DNA from: Eledone cirrhosa
Lineage: Eukaryota
DNA length: 64,000 bases
Direction: 5' to 3'
Assembly (NCBI GenBank): GCA_964016885.1
Contig: OZ024753.1
Span: forward strand, 8,494,001 to 8,558,000
In this document: in pieces, positions 27,838-42,656 of the stretch
Numbering within the stretch: the first letter of the stretch is position 1
How the letters are laid out: each line of letters starts with the position of its first letter
The notes under the pieces: generated by a model
Seen by the model: only the letters and a program-made list of their open reading frames with translations
Told to the model about the DNA's origin: nothing
Database searches by the model: none
Program-made: the position numbers and the translations under genes

Positions 27838-28872
27838 ACGATCTCATCATCATCGTCATCACTGTTATTATCATCATCATCGTTGTCATTGTTTAACATC
27901 CATCTTCCACGCTAGCATGGGTTGGAGGGTTTGTCCTACTTGAGGTGAGATTGGTCAGGAGACTGTGTCTCGCTCATACAGAACTGTCTCTAGCAGGCTT
28001 TCAACGGCTTTTACCCTTAATATAGATCTAAGGGAGATTCAGCATGACACAGGTTGTGACAATGCTGGCTCTTTGAATTACAATTACAATTCATTTTCTA
28101 TGGCTGAGTGGATTTAAGCCAATATGAAGTAAAATATCTTGCTCAAGGACATGAACTGAACCACCTAGCCATTAAACAAGGCATCTTCATAACAATGAAA
28201 GTAATATATCACCTGAATCAACAAGATCCCAGACCTCATTTGCTTAACTGGTGGGGTGGAGCTTGTCAAATCAGACCAAGGAAACAATGTTTCCATTGCT
28301 GTTTCCTATTGCCGATACTATTCCTTTCTACCAGTTGCAACACCTGTCAGAAAGAGCAGCATGAAATTAAGTGACTTACTCAAAGACAGAATGCATCACC
28401 TGGCCTGAGAGTCAAACTCCCTAACCACGAAGCCATCTGCGTTCACATGACTTAAAAGTAATATAATCTAAAATGAACCAGTAGAGTTGATATGAAATAT
28501 TGCGACACTTGTAATTAAGAATGTATTAGAAAAACCTAATTACAATACAGAAATGAAATATAATGTTAGAACTAGAGTCAAATAAGAATGACAAAACAAA
28601 ATAGTTTTTACTTTACGTTTCATAATATTTTGAGCTTAAAAACTCTTTATCAGAATCTTGTCTTTTCAACTTTAATTTCTAATTTACTTTTTTTTCCCTC
28701 TGTCATTTTTAATCAGTTTTGTACTTAAAACATTGAACTCCACTAATTTTGAAATATACTACTTTAACTCAGTTGAAAAAAATATCCATCAAACTCTGGT
28801 AATCTAAATACTAATGTATTAGTCTCTATCTCTGCATTAATCTATCTGTCTATCCTTCTTTCTCTATCTCTG

Positions 28873-28934
<62 letters not shown>

Positions 28935-28960
28935 TTATATTTATATATATATTATATATA

Positions 28961-29047
<87 letters not shown>

Positions 29048-29123
29048 TATAGATATATAGATATATACACATATTTATATTTATATATATACACATATTT
29101 ATATACACATATTTATATTTATA

Positions 29124-29163
<40 letters not shown>

Positions 29164-29178
29164 TTATATACACATTTA

Positions 29179-29212
<34 letters not shown>

Positions 29213-29254
29213 CATACAGATAGAATATATATGTGTGTGTGTATAAATATATAT

Positions 29255-29308
<54 letters not shown>

Positions 29309-29379
29309 TATTTATATACACATATTTATATTTATATATATATATACATACACACACACATATATATTCTATCTGTATG

Positions 29380-29422
<43 letters not shown>

Positions 29423-29704
29423 TAAACACACATATGACAGATGGTGTAATAAATTCGAATTAAGAAGAAAAACAAAAAAAAGCAAGATTTTAGATAAGCA
29501 TGTAATTTAGAGGAATGTCTGACAAATAATATTATATGTATTTTTTGCAATCATAACTACATTAATATAGTGTAGTTTGATTAGCTCAAGTTGTATGACA
29601 ACTGTCAATATATATTGTAATCATTACTCCCTAGCATATGACCAGCAGTTTATGATGTCATCATTGACCTTAGAAAAGCTGTTTGATGTTTGCCTAGCCA
29701 ATGA

Positions 29705-30080
29705 ATTAGACTAGAAAAGATGAGATGAGTCTGTGTTTCTACTGTTGCTTATTTTTCACATGAATCATATAAAAGGGGAGATCACTGTTATCTGTGTTGT
29801 CGGTGTGTTGAGCAATTGACCAAAAGATCAAAAGGCATAACATTGGACAAGAAAAGATGAGATGAATCTGTGTTTCTACTGTTGCTTATTCCTCACATGA
29901 ATCATATAAAAAGGGGGATCACTGTTACCTGTGTTGTTGGTGTGTTGAGCATCTGAGCAAGACTAGAAAAGATGAGATGAGCCTGTGTTTCTACTATTGC
30001 TTATTCTTCACATGAATCATATAAAAGGGGAGATCACTGTTGGCTGTGTTGTTGGTGTGTTGAGCAACTGACCAAAAGAC
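29705..30080. repeat. Three-copy ~130-145-bp tandem repeat
   Basis: agaaaagatgagatga..ctgtgtttctact.ttgcttatt..tcacatgaatcatataaaa recurs three times. Confidence 0.9.
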
Positions 30081-30879
30081 CGGTAGTTCATATTTCATCA
30101 ATTTATTGGCATAGATATCAAGGATGAAGATTCTGAAGTCTTTCTAGCTTCATTCATTGGAGACTGTAAAGAGGTTTCATCGATCAGTACAGTAGAACTA
30201 CTTAAAACATTGTTACCACTCTGATTAACTTGGTACTCTAAAAGTTATGAGAACTGCATTAACTCAATACTATGCAACAGTGTTACCACTCTAATTAACT
30301 TTGTACTCTAAAAGTAATGAGAACTCCATTAACTCAATACTATGCTCAAATACGAAAAAAAAATTAATCTAGTCATGGATTTAACCGAGTGAAAAGACTT
30401 GAAGATATTATTTTATTTGATGCTCTGAGGAACAAAAGAGTTAAGGAACTCACTATCATCTCCACCACGACCACCACATTATTGCTGTGTGATGATGTTT
30501 GATGTCTATCTGATAAAGGAAGCAAATCAAAAAGAAACCACAATGGATCCTGCCCCTCCAGCTATAAACATTTACATTTGATGTTTTCCAATATTTGTAT
30601 AATTAAGTGACAAACACTGTAATGTTGGTTTAAGCCCCAAGCAAGTCTTGGCCACAAAAAGGTTTTGATTTCCTGTTGAATCCATTCGTGTTATTTCATT
30701 GCTGCAAGCATTAATGGTTGGAATTAACTGATAGGATTGTTAAATCCTCAATATGATTCTATTGAAGCTATTTCATTGTATTTATTTTACTAATAGACTT
30801 CATACAAAATAGCATGAATGCCACAGAATCTTGTTTCTTCTCTCAGGAATATATATGCCTATGTAAGAAATACACTTAT

Positions 30880-31385
30880 AGTCCACACTGTAAAGTGATT
30901 GTTTTGGTGTCATGACAAAAAGCACCAAGTCTAACCTGTAAAGTGGTCATCTAGGTGTCACAACAAAAAGAATCAAGTCCAACCTGTAAAGTGGCCGTGT
31001 AGGTGTCATGACAAAAAGCACCCAATCTACAATGTAAAGTGCTCATTTCGGTGCCACAATAAAATCCACTCAGTCCACACTGTAAAGTGGTCATCTAGGT
31101 GTCAGAATAAAAACCGCCCAGTCTACTCTGTAAAATGGTAATTTTGGTGCCACAATAAAATCCACCCAGTCCACACTGTAAGTGGTCATCTAGGCATCAC
31201 AATAAAAACCACCCAGTCTACTCTGTAAAGTGGTAATTTTGGTGCCACGATAAAAACCATCCAGTCCACACTGTAAAGTGGTGATGAAGGTGTCACAACA
31301 AAAAAATACCCACCCACACTGTAAAGTGGTCATTTTGGTGCCACAATAAAAAACACCCAGCCCACACTGTAAAGTGGTCATGTAG
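30880..31385 (+). repeat. SINE-derived ~46-bp minisatellite; second array at 58945-59305
   Basis: Unit cccagtccacactgtaaagtggtcat.taggtgtcacaa.aaaaa, the same as the internal unit of SINE family D. Confidence 0.85.
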
Positions 31386-31744
31386 ACAGAATGGCCTCAG
31401 AACCTACGTACACCTCCTTCATATCTACAGACACACAGAACACCTTCCTGTATCTTAGACATAGCTTCAATAGTAACAGTATGTCTCTCTACTCTCTCTA
31501 TACACAAATGAAATAAAATATATTCTAACAATGAACCCATAAATTACAAAGATGGCCTCTGCTGGAATCAACTGACGTTATTTACCAGATCCTTCGGTTC
31601 ATGTCTCTTTATAATGACTCCATTTCTTGCTAAACAAAATGCTATTGTTCTTCAGACATAAAACTAATGGTATTTTCATAAAGCCAACAACTGACGTACA
31701 AATTAAAACACTTGGTTTTTTATGTATCCTTTACTCTCTTTAAT

Positions 31745-32854
31745 ATACACACACACACACACACATACACTTGCATACACACTCACATACACTTACCCAC
31801 ACATACATACACATACTCACACATACATACACATACCCACACATACATACACATACCCACACATACATACACATACTCACACATACATACACATACCCAC
31901 ACATACATACACATACACACACATACATACACATACACACACATATACACACATATATACACACACATACACTTGCATGCACACTCACATACACTTACCC
32001 ACACATACATACACATACCCACACATATATATACACACACACAAATACATACACATACATACCATTCACATGCACACGTACACATACCATTCACATACAC
32101 ACATATATATACACACACACGCACACACTCACATGCACATTCACATACTCACACACACACACTCACATATACACACATATATAGATGCATACACACTCAC
32201 ATACACACACATATATGCACACACACTCACACATACACATACACATACACTCATACATATATACACACATGTACACATACATTCACAGACACACTCACTC
32301 ACATACACACTCACATACACACACACACACACTCATTCACACACACACACACACACACACACTCATGCTCACATGTATAGTATAGATACACACTAAATAT
32401 CTTGATGTTTGCTTTGCTCTCTTTAATACATACACATACACATACACACACACACATACACACCCATACACACACATACACACACACATACACACCCATA
32501 CACACACACACATGGACTCACACACACATACATACACACACACACTCACGCATACACATACATATACACACACACATGCACTCACACACTCGCATACACA
32601 TACACACTCGCATACACATACACACACACACACACACTCACATATACACACACACACACATGCACTCACACAATCGCATACACATACACACTCGCATACA
32701 CACACACACTCACATATACACATACACACACACACACACATGCACTCACACACTTGCATACACATACACACTTGCATACACATACACACACTCACACACA
32801 TACACACACACACATGCACTCACACACTCGCATACACATACATACACACACACA

Positions 32855-32890
<36 letters not shown>
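31745..32890. repeat. Degenerate (CA)n arrays
   Basis: Two ~500-620-bp CA-rich blocks, each preceded by a similar short unique lead-in (ctctctttaata). Confidence 0.9.
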
Positions 32891-33804
32891 TAGTATACAT
32901 ACACACTGTAAATATCTTAAAGCTTAGTCCAACTATATACTTAGTACGATCCTGTCAAATAAATTTTGATTTTCTCTTGTCTTTTCTTCAATGAGGATAT
33001 TTCTCTGTAAAATGGTACCATAATAGTCTTTGGGGCATTTACTATCTTAATGAAACAAAAAGAAAAGAAATTCTTATACAAAATATAAGTTCCCATTCTG
33101 AGCAATTGTTGGCAAAATTACAGATTTAGAAGCAATATAAGAAATACTTAGATAATCACTCTAAATTCTTCTTTTAACCCTTTTCCTATTTTATGTATCA
33201 TGTGATAAATTGGAAGAATGGTGGGTCACAGTTTTGTCTATTATATAAAATACTCGTTACAATTGTTACAAATGTTCAATAAATCCTTATTTAAATTTTT
33301 TTTTATACTTCAAACACACAAAAAGAAGCAATTTTCTGATTGTAAATATTGTTTTAACCCTTTAGCATTTAAACCAGCCGTATCTGGCTTGAATTCTCTT
33401 GCCTCTTTCTGTTCAAACTGACTGTAACTGGTTGCTCATACTGATGTTAAGGTATTGTTCTCAAAATAAATAGCATCAACATCTCATAGATTCAGTATTA
33501 TGTGAGATAAAGCCTTTACCATGAAAATACAATAGTATATATAGAGTTAATGTAAATGTTATGTGAGATAATTATGTTAGATAAAGCCTTTACCACGAAA
33601 ATACAATAGTGTATATATATATAGTAATGTAAATGCTAAAGAGTTAACCCTTTGCCTACTGTATGTATCATGTGATAAATTGGAAGTGTGGTGGGGCACA
33701 GTTTTGTCTATTATATAAAATAAGCATTACAATTGTCCAATAAATTCTTATTTAAATTTTTTTATACTTCAAACACATAAAAAGAAGCAATTTTTTTACA
33801 TGCA

Positions 33805-35945
33805 ATATTTACATGCATATATATATTTACTTGCATATATATTTACATGCATATATATTTACATGCATATATATTTACATGCATATATATATTTACATGC
33901 ATATATATATTTACTTGCATATATATTTACATGCATATATATTTACTTGCATATATATTTACATGCATATATATTTACATGCATATATATTTACATGCAT
34001 ATATATTTACATGCATATATATATTTACAAGCATATATATTTACATGCATATATATTTACATGCATATATATATTTACTTGCATATATATTTACATGCAT
34101 ATATATATTTACATGCATATATATTTACATGCATATATATATTTACAAGCATATATATTTACATGCATATATATTTACATGCATATATATTTACTTGCAT
34201 ATATATTTACATGCATATATATTTACATGCATATATATTTACATGCATATATATTTACATGCATATATATTTACATGCATATATATATTTACAAGCATAT
34301 ATATTTACATGCATATATATTTACATGCATATATATATTTACTTGCATATATATTTACATGCATATATATATTTACATGCATATATATTTACATGCATAT
34401 ATATATTTACAAGCATATATATTTACATGCATATATATTTACATGCATATATATTTACAAGCATATATATATTTACATGCATATATATATTTACATGCAT
34501 ATATATTTACATGCATATATATTTACATGCATATATATATTTACTTGCATATATATTTACATGCATATATATATTTACATGCATATATATATTTACATGC
34601 ATATATATATTTACAAGCATATATATTTACATGCATATATATTTACATGCATATATATTTACATGCATATATATTTACATGCATATATATATTTACAAGC
34701 ATATATATTTACATGCATATATATTTACATGCATATATATATTTACTTGCATATATATTTACATGCATATATATATTTACATGCATATATATTTACATGC
34801 ATATATATATTTACAAGCATATATATTTACATGCATATATATTTACATGCATATATATTTACTTGCATATATATTTACATGCATATATATTTACATGCAT
34901 ATATATTTACATGCATATATATTTACATGCATATATATTTACATGCATATATATATTTACAAGCATATATATTTACATGCATATATATTTACATGCATAT
35001 ATATATTTACTTGCATATATATTTACATGCATATATATATTTACATGCATATATATTTACATGCATATATATATTTACAAGCATATATATTTACATGCAT
35101 ATATATTTACATGCATATATATTTACAAGCATATATATATTTACATGCATATATATATTTACAAGCATATATATTTACATGCATATATATTTACATGCAT
35201 ATATATTTACATGCATATATATATTTACAAGCATATATATTTACATGCATATATATATTTACATGCATATATATTTACAAGCATATATATATTTACATGC
35301 ATATATATATTTACAAGCATATATATTTACATGCATATATATTTACATGCATATATATATTTACAAGCATATATATTTACATGCATATATATTTACATGC
35401 ATATATATTTACTTGCATATATATTTACATGCATATATATTTACATGCATATATATTTACATGCATATATATTTACATGCATATATATTTACATGCATAT
35501 ATATATTTACAAGCATATATATTTACATGCATATATATTTACATGCATATATATATTTACTTGCATATATATTTACATGCATATATATATTTACATGCAT
35601 ATATATTTACATGCATATATATATTTACAAGCATATATATTTACATGCATATATATTTACATGCATATATATTTACTTGCATATATATTTACATGCATAT
35701 ATATTTACATGCATATATATTTACATGCATATATATATTTACAAGCATATATATTTACATGCATATATATATTTACATGCATATATATTTACTTGCATAT
35801 ATATTTACATGCATATATATTTACATGCATATATATTTACATGCATATATATATTTACTTGCATATATATTTACATGCATATATATTTACATGCATATAT
35901 ATATTTACATGCATATATATATTTACATGCATATATATTTGCATA
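33805..35945. repeat. ~2.1-kb satellite of 16/18-bp units GCATATATAT(AT)TTAC[AT/TT/AA]
   Basis: Roughly 125-130 units (length divided by unit size), with three core variants in recurring order. Confidence 0.95.
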
Positions 35946-36154
35946 TATCAATATGCACACTACACATGGTAGCAAATAACCACCAGAAGAGTGTTTTTTC
36001 TGCTAGTTTCTTTAATAATTTTGCTTTTAAAGGAAATTTTATTAATAAATTGATTTTATAGTTTTTGTTTCATTATTTCTTTATTTATATATATTTACAC
36101 ACTCCATTTTAATTTTGTGAAGTTATAGACGTTTCAACACATTTTACTTATATG

Positions 36155-36345
36155 AAAAATATTGGTGTACAAATTAAAAATGGGGTGAATACATAAAAAA
36201 ATTTAAAAATATTGGTGTAAAAATTAAAAATGGGGTGAATACATAAAAAAATTTAAAAATATTGGTGTAAAAATTAAAAAATGGGGTGAATACATAAAAA
36301 AATTTAAAAATATTGGTGTAAAAATTAAAAATGGTGTGAAATAAA
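36155..36345. repeat. ~51-bp tandem repeat (~3.5 copies)
   Basis: Unit aaaatattggtgtaaaaattaaaaatggggtgaatacataaaaaaattt. Confidence 0.9.
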
Positions 36346-36826
36346 AAATACATAAAAAAGGTTAAAAAAAATAGAAATATGTGGAAGATAAATGTCTAGC
36401 AAGAGATGAGCTTGATAACCTAAATAATGGTTCCTGATTTAGGCAAAAGGCCAACAGTTTTGAGGGAGGGCAATGTCAATTAAGTCGACCCCGGTATCTT
36501 ATTGTATTGAAACCATAAGGATGAAAGGCAAATCTAACCTTTGTGGGATTTGAACTCAGAACATTAAGGGCTATAATTATATGCCCCAATGTATGCTGCC
36601 CAACATTCTGTATTTATGATTTAGTACTGTATGACCAGAATTTTAGTAAATATCATCATTTGGAATATAAATGTGTTCTATCTGGTTATTTATGATTCAC
36701 CTCGTACAATCAGTAGAAAAAAAATGACAACACAAACTAAAATTTCAACAAGATGTAAATGCTAGTGTCAATATTTTCATGGTTTCACTAAAACTTCAAT
36801 TACATTGATGCTTTCTTTCATTGCAG

Positions 36827-37034
36827 GTGATATGGCGAAAGCTACCCTATAAACACCCTCTAACAATTGGAGTATATACATTTATAGACGATCCTAGTAT
36901 AACAGTGGAGCGGAGTGGACAAACACAGTGGAATTTGCTCATTAAAAACGTTCAGCCTCATCATGCTGGTTTATATGAATGTCAAGTTAGTGCACAAGAA
37001 AAATTAATACATATTGTACAGCTCCAAGTAAAAG
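36827..37034 (+). CDS. Internal coding exon: C-terminal part of an Ig domain of a Dpr/ZIG-8-like (IgLON-related) neural cell-surface protein
   Basis: Acceptor ctttctttcattgcag|GTG and donor AAAG|gtaagt; 208 nt, phase 0 to phase 1. Translates VIWRKLPYKHPLTIGVYTFIDDPSITVERSGQTQWNLLIKNVQPHHAGLYECQVSAQEKLIHIVQLQVK, with the Ig C-strand Trp, WNLLI and the GxYECQVS motif typical of Dpr-family Ig1. Confidence 0.9.
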
Positions 37035-38064
37035 GTAAGTAAAACAGTTTCCAGTGAAATTCAATGTTTCATTAATTAATCTCATATCTTTCAGCAGCTA
37101 ATAAATATATTTTTGAAACATTTATAGAGAACTTATTGTGTTCTAAAACTCTAAGATGTTTATTTTAACCCTTTCCCATTTACATTACTCTATATTTACT
37201 ATTGTATTTTCATGGTAAAGTCTTTATCTATATACTACTAAAACTCTGCGATTGTGTGCTTGTCTGTAATTTAATACAGTGACCACTTTACTGTGGGAGG
37301 AGGGTGGAGATATACTCTCTATATACTTCAGCTTTGGCTTGTACCCGTGGGAAGTTGGGTCTTCTGTATTACCATAGAAATATGGTAACAAAAGTGTTAA
37401 TTTCATCTTAGTGAAGGCACATGGCTGAGTGGTTAGAGAACTGGATTCGCAATCGTGAGGTTGTGAGTTCGATTCCCAGACGGGCAATGTGTTATGTCCT
37501 TGAACAAGACATTTTATTTCACGTTGTTCCTTCTACCTGGAATTGCAGCCAATAGATAGTATTAACAATTGGAAAGACCAATGGAAACATTGTTTCCTCA
37601 GTCCGATTTGACGAAAGTCGATTGACTGTCGATTGTCTTAAAATGCCAAGATTTGATAAAACTAAGATCTTTGAATTGAAGTTTCACTACTTCACTCAAT
37701 GTATAATGACTAGATGAAACAAGAAAGATATAAACGGTGATATTTGAAAAGGTTGCCTCATAATTAAACAGCAGTTACCTTAGTAAATAGATAGAAATGT
37801 ATTCAGTAGATCTGAATAAGAACTACTGACCTGTCCAAACCATGATAGCATGGAAAGCTGATGGAAAATGATGATAAAGATGGTGGGGACGAGGAGGGGG
37901 AGGAGAAGGAGTTTCCAGCAATAAAAGATTAAATCTAATTATCAATGAAAGTAAATATATATTCAGTAAGAAAATAAGATCAGACTAAAGTGTAAATAAA
38001 TCGAAATTGTTTTTCATATGTGAGTACATAAAGTAAAGTAAATAGAAAACTGTATTTAGGAAGG

Positions 38065-38550
38065 AGTTGAGAGTGAGAGAAAGTAGAGAGGGATGAGAGA
38101 GAGAGAGAGAGATAGACAGGAGAGAGGGAGAAAGAGATAGATAGAGAGACATGAGAGAGAGAGAGAGAGAGAGAGAAATAGACATGAGAGAGGGAGAAAG
38201 AGATAGATAGAAAGACATGAGAGAGAGAGAGAGAAATAGACATGAGAGAGGGAGAAAGAGATAGATAGAGAGACATGAGAGAGAGAGAGAGAAATAGACA
38301 TGAGAGAGGGAGAAAGAGATAGATAGAGAGACATGAGAGAGAGAGAAATAGACATGAGAGAGGGAGAAAGAGATAGATAGAGAGACATGAGAGAGGGATG
38401 AGAGAGAGAGAGAGAAATAGACATGAGAGAGGGAGATAGATAGAGAGACATGAGAGAGAGAGAGAGAGAGAAATAAACATGAGAGACGAAGAAAGAGATA
38501 GAAAGAGAGAGAGGGAGATAGAGAGAGAGAGAGACACGAGTGAGAGAGAG
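38065..38550. repeat. (GA)-rich array with ~60-bp higher-order unit
   Basis: gagaaatagacatgagagagggagaaagagatagatagagagacat recurs. Confidence 0.9.
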
Positions 38551-39117
38551 GGAGCGGGTTATGCCACCATTAAAAAACACGCACCTGTTGGTTTTACTTC
38601 AATTCATTATAAATTTCCGGTTGTTTGGTTGGTTCCATAACTGGATGGTTGTTTATATATTGTCAAAGCTCTTTTGTCACACATTCTGTGACCTCCTCAG
38701 TGACTAGGTTTTTATTTTGTATCCCTCCTTTGTTCTGTCCTACACCATCTTGTTTTTGTGTGTTGTAAAACAATAACAATATCTGTTTCAACACAAGTTT
38801 TCAGATAAGAAATCTTGCAAAACAAATTCAATAACGAAATATATATATATACACACACATTTTATTAAAACACAGCCACTGTATATGCTATTAATTAAAT
38901 ATATGCACTCTGAACAACTGATTGCAACTGCATTACTGCAGTGTGGCAGATTCATTGAGTGAGCTAGATGGGGGTTGGAGGTCGTTGACTTAATACCAGC
39001 AATCTTCGTTAATTTTATAATATATATATATAGTCACTACTTTAAAACTCATAGTGAATGGTTTTCAAAATGTTTTAATTAAATATACGGTATATTGCCA
39101 AATATACTATACACACA

Positions 39118-39148
<31 letters not shown>

Positions 39149-40299
39149 CATCATCATCATCATTACCGTTTTACGTCCGTTCTTCCACGCTAGCATGGGT
39201 TAGACGGGTTGTCCTGTTGTGGGCAGTGTCCGGTCGGCTGACCTTGTCTTGCTCATACGGGAACTGATTCTGGCTTGATTTCTACAGCTGGATGTCCTTC
39301 CTAACACCAACCTCATTTACAGTGAGTGCTGGGTGCTTTTTTTCTGTGGTGCCTACACGTCCACTTTACAGTGTGGGCTGGGTGCTTTTTTGCCGTGGTA
39401 CCTTTATGACCACTTTGCAGTGGGAGGGTGTGGGAGCATATTGTCTATATGCTTCAGCTTCGGCTTGTACCCATGGGGGGGGGGGTATTCTGTATTACAG
39501 AATATATATATATATATATGCCTCCGGATTATCTTTTACAAACACAACTTTTCAGGGAGAAACAGATTAATCTCTAATCTGTCCGGGAGATAATAGTTAT
39601 TGAAACTGTCAGTACATTTTAATTTTATCTTGTATTTTCCATTTGTTTCATAGTTTATATTCGTCAAACCAACGTGGTCTTACTACCTTAGTAATTCTAA
39701 ACACACAATTTACTGTATATATATTAAATATATTTATATATATGTGAGTTCAATTCTCAGACCGGGTGATGTGTTGTTTCCTTGAGCAAGACACTTTATT
39801 TCACATTGCTCCAGTTTACTCAGCTGTAGAAATGAGATGATAGGGACTGGGGTCCCTATCATTCCACTGCAAAGTGGTCGTGGAGGTGCCACGGCAAAAA
39901 GCACCCAGCACTCACTGTAAATGAGGTTGGTGTTAGGAAGGGCATCCAGCTGTAGAAATCAAGCCAGAATCAGTTCCCGTCCCACCCTTGCAAGCAGGGA
40001 AAGCGGACGTAAAATGATGATGATGATGATGATGTATGTATGTTATTTATTTGTTATCATTAACATTGATATAAAAAATAACAATCATGTATTTAAGGGC
40101 CTCAAATTTAATATAGATTAGGACCTCAGCAGGTGTAAGTCTGGCCCTCCCTTTGACTTTGCTAATATATGAATTCAAAGTGATATGCTTGTAATCTACT
40201 CCACTTCCCTACTTGAGAATAGGACATAAACCTTCTTTCAATTTTCTGGAGAGCTTACCACCCACAAAGAAAATTTAGGAAAGTATCAGTTATTGTTTT

Positions 40300-41050
40300 C
40301 TCAATATGCATTGTGCATGTTTTCAAGAGAATTTTCTAGAACACATCAGAGCTCTTGCTGAGTTTCAAACCGATTTTTATCTTTGATTTATATTCATTTA
40401 ATCATTGGTTTTTCATTTCTCCTTCTTCACAGTACTGTTTTTAAAGAACTAATTTGGCTAATTTATTTGCATGTTTCCCAGTTGTGTATTAAAAGCACTT
40501 TTGTAGTGTTCACTCATTATCCCACTTGAGGCCCTGCAATTAGAGTGTTATTTTCTGCTAACAATGGGTTTTATTTTGTGATGCATTAAAGCTGATTGAT
40601 TTACAAATTTGTAGAAAAGTTTAAGGTAATTTATATATTTTCTTTGGCTCTGGTCTTTCTTTGTGTTCTTTTAATGGGAATATTTCCTTCCATTCTTGAT
40701 TTCTAAGAATTTACTTTTCAAGTAGGTTAGGTTTTCTTTTGCAGTTATTTCTATATCTAGATGATTTAAGTTCACTGTTGTCTCATCAAACTATTGTAGT
40801 TTTCTATCGGCAGTTTTGCTATTTGTGAATGTTGGACACTCTCTGTAGGGAAACTTTATAACATATTATTTGCACTATTAACATAAATTGATTCAGTTTG
40901 GTGACATTGTCTTTCCCTAAAGAGAATTTCATCCCACTTCTGTTTTTAAATTTCCAATGCGACTCTTTTAGATTCAGGCAGACTAGACAATGATTAAATG
41001 CTGCTTCTAAGGGGATGGGAACAATTTATTTAGATATACCTCAGATTTAG
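40300..41050 (-). pseudogene. Possible highly decayed LINE reverse-transcriptase segment
   Basis: Frameshifted fragments on the minus strand such as VGMKFSLGK and NLTYLKSK resemble RT GLxxxxxK and FxYLGS motifs. Confidence 0.3.
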
Positions 41051-41428
41051 TTTTTCCTCTATATGTTATTGATATATATATATATATATTATTGATATAT
41101 ATAGGAAAAGAGCAAGGACCCCCGATGGCTGAGCTCTGGCCGTTTTAACAGCTAGATCCGAACTCAATTCAGATCTAGCTGTCGGGTTCCTGACTTCTTT
41201 CCCATTACCCATACTACTACCCTAAGTATTGAGTACTCTGGTGCGTTATGGTCCACCTGTTATCTTACCATACCGTTTTTGTTTTATATATATATATATA
41301 TATATATATTGACAAGTTCCCAGACCTCTTAATGAGTGAGGTGGAGCACATCAAATCGGACCGAGGAAGCAATGTTTCCATTGGTCTTTCCAATTGCTAA
41401 TACTATCTGTTGGTCGTAGATCCAGGCA

Positions 41429-41643
<215 letters not shown>

Positions 41644-41763
41644 CACTGCCTGGATCTACAACCAACAGATAGTATTAGCAATTGGAAAGACCAATGGAAA
41701 CATTGTTTCCTCGGTCCGATTTAAGGGTATGTCAATATTTATTTATAAAACTGATCTATATTA

Positions 41764-41828
41764 TATTTTATCTGATGAAAGCGCACCATAATTTGCTTTG
41801 GTGTCCTTGAAATATGTATAATGAAATA
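41764..41828 (+). ncRNA. Type I hammerhead; further copies on the minus strand at ~48748-48812 and ~49770-49834
   Basis: tattttat-CTGATGA (41772)-AAGcGCACCA..TGGTGTcCTT-GAAA (41809)-TATG-TA-ta-atgaaata. Confidence 0.65.
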
Positions 41829-42005
41829 AATATGGTTTTATAAATATAGTTTCCATTTGTTAATATATCGTATTTTTACTCCAATTATTTGTTGAGTGCT
41901 TTATATCAGTTATAAAAATATTTGCTTGTTGTATCCCAACAAATTAAATATAACTTCTACACACATATATATATATATTTATACACACGAATATATAAAT
42001 ATATA

Positions 42006-42092
<87 letters not shown>

Positions 42093-42178
42093 CATCATCA
42101 TCATCGTTTAACGTCCATCTTCCACGCTTGCATGGGTCGAAACATAAGTCAATTGTATGAACGCATAATCCTTTATTT

Positions 42179-42239
<61 letters not shown>

Positions 42240-42241
<2 letters not shown>

Positions 42242-42435
42242 AATATACGTTATTCCGGGTTGAATCGGAGGTAACCACAGTAAGTAAGGTACTCAATACA
42301 TAGCAGAGTATAACAGTTTTAATATAGATGAGATTCTACAGGACTAGAACTGTTTCATTCATTAGAAATCATCAGGAATCACTGATGATTTCTAATGAAT
42401 GAAACAGTTCTAGTCCTGTAGAATCTCATCTATAT
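42240..42435 (-). mobile_element. Short (TA)n-inserted element with a fold-back end and back-to-back hammerhead cores; related copy at ~50810-50943 (+)
   Basis: Palindrome 42322-42435 with 6-nt spacer; CTGATGA (42382)-tTTC-taat-GAAt-GAAA-CAGTT on both strands; stem I not evident. Confidence 0.6.
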
Positions 42436-42610
42436 ATATAGGAATATACGGACGGCTAATATAGGACGGCTAATTCTCAGAATTAGCCATCGAAACGGCT
42501 TGAGCTCAGCTGTCGGGGTCCTACTGGTTCCTATTACCCACTCTACTACCTCAAGTATTGAGTACTTTGGTGCGTTATGGTCCACCTGGTTCCTTACCAC
42601 ATTTCCTTCG

Positions 42611-42656
<46 letters not shown>

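Noticed and set aside
30847-30862. Possible 16-nt exon (ttctctcag|..|gtaaga)
   Set aside because: Frame-shifting length and no recognisable coding content.
33800-36061. 700+ aa ORFs in three frames
   Set aside because: Translation of a stop-free 16/18-bp satellite; not protein-like.
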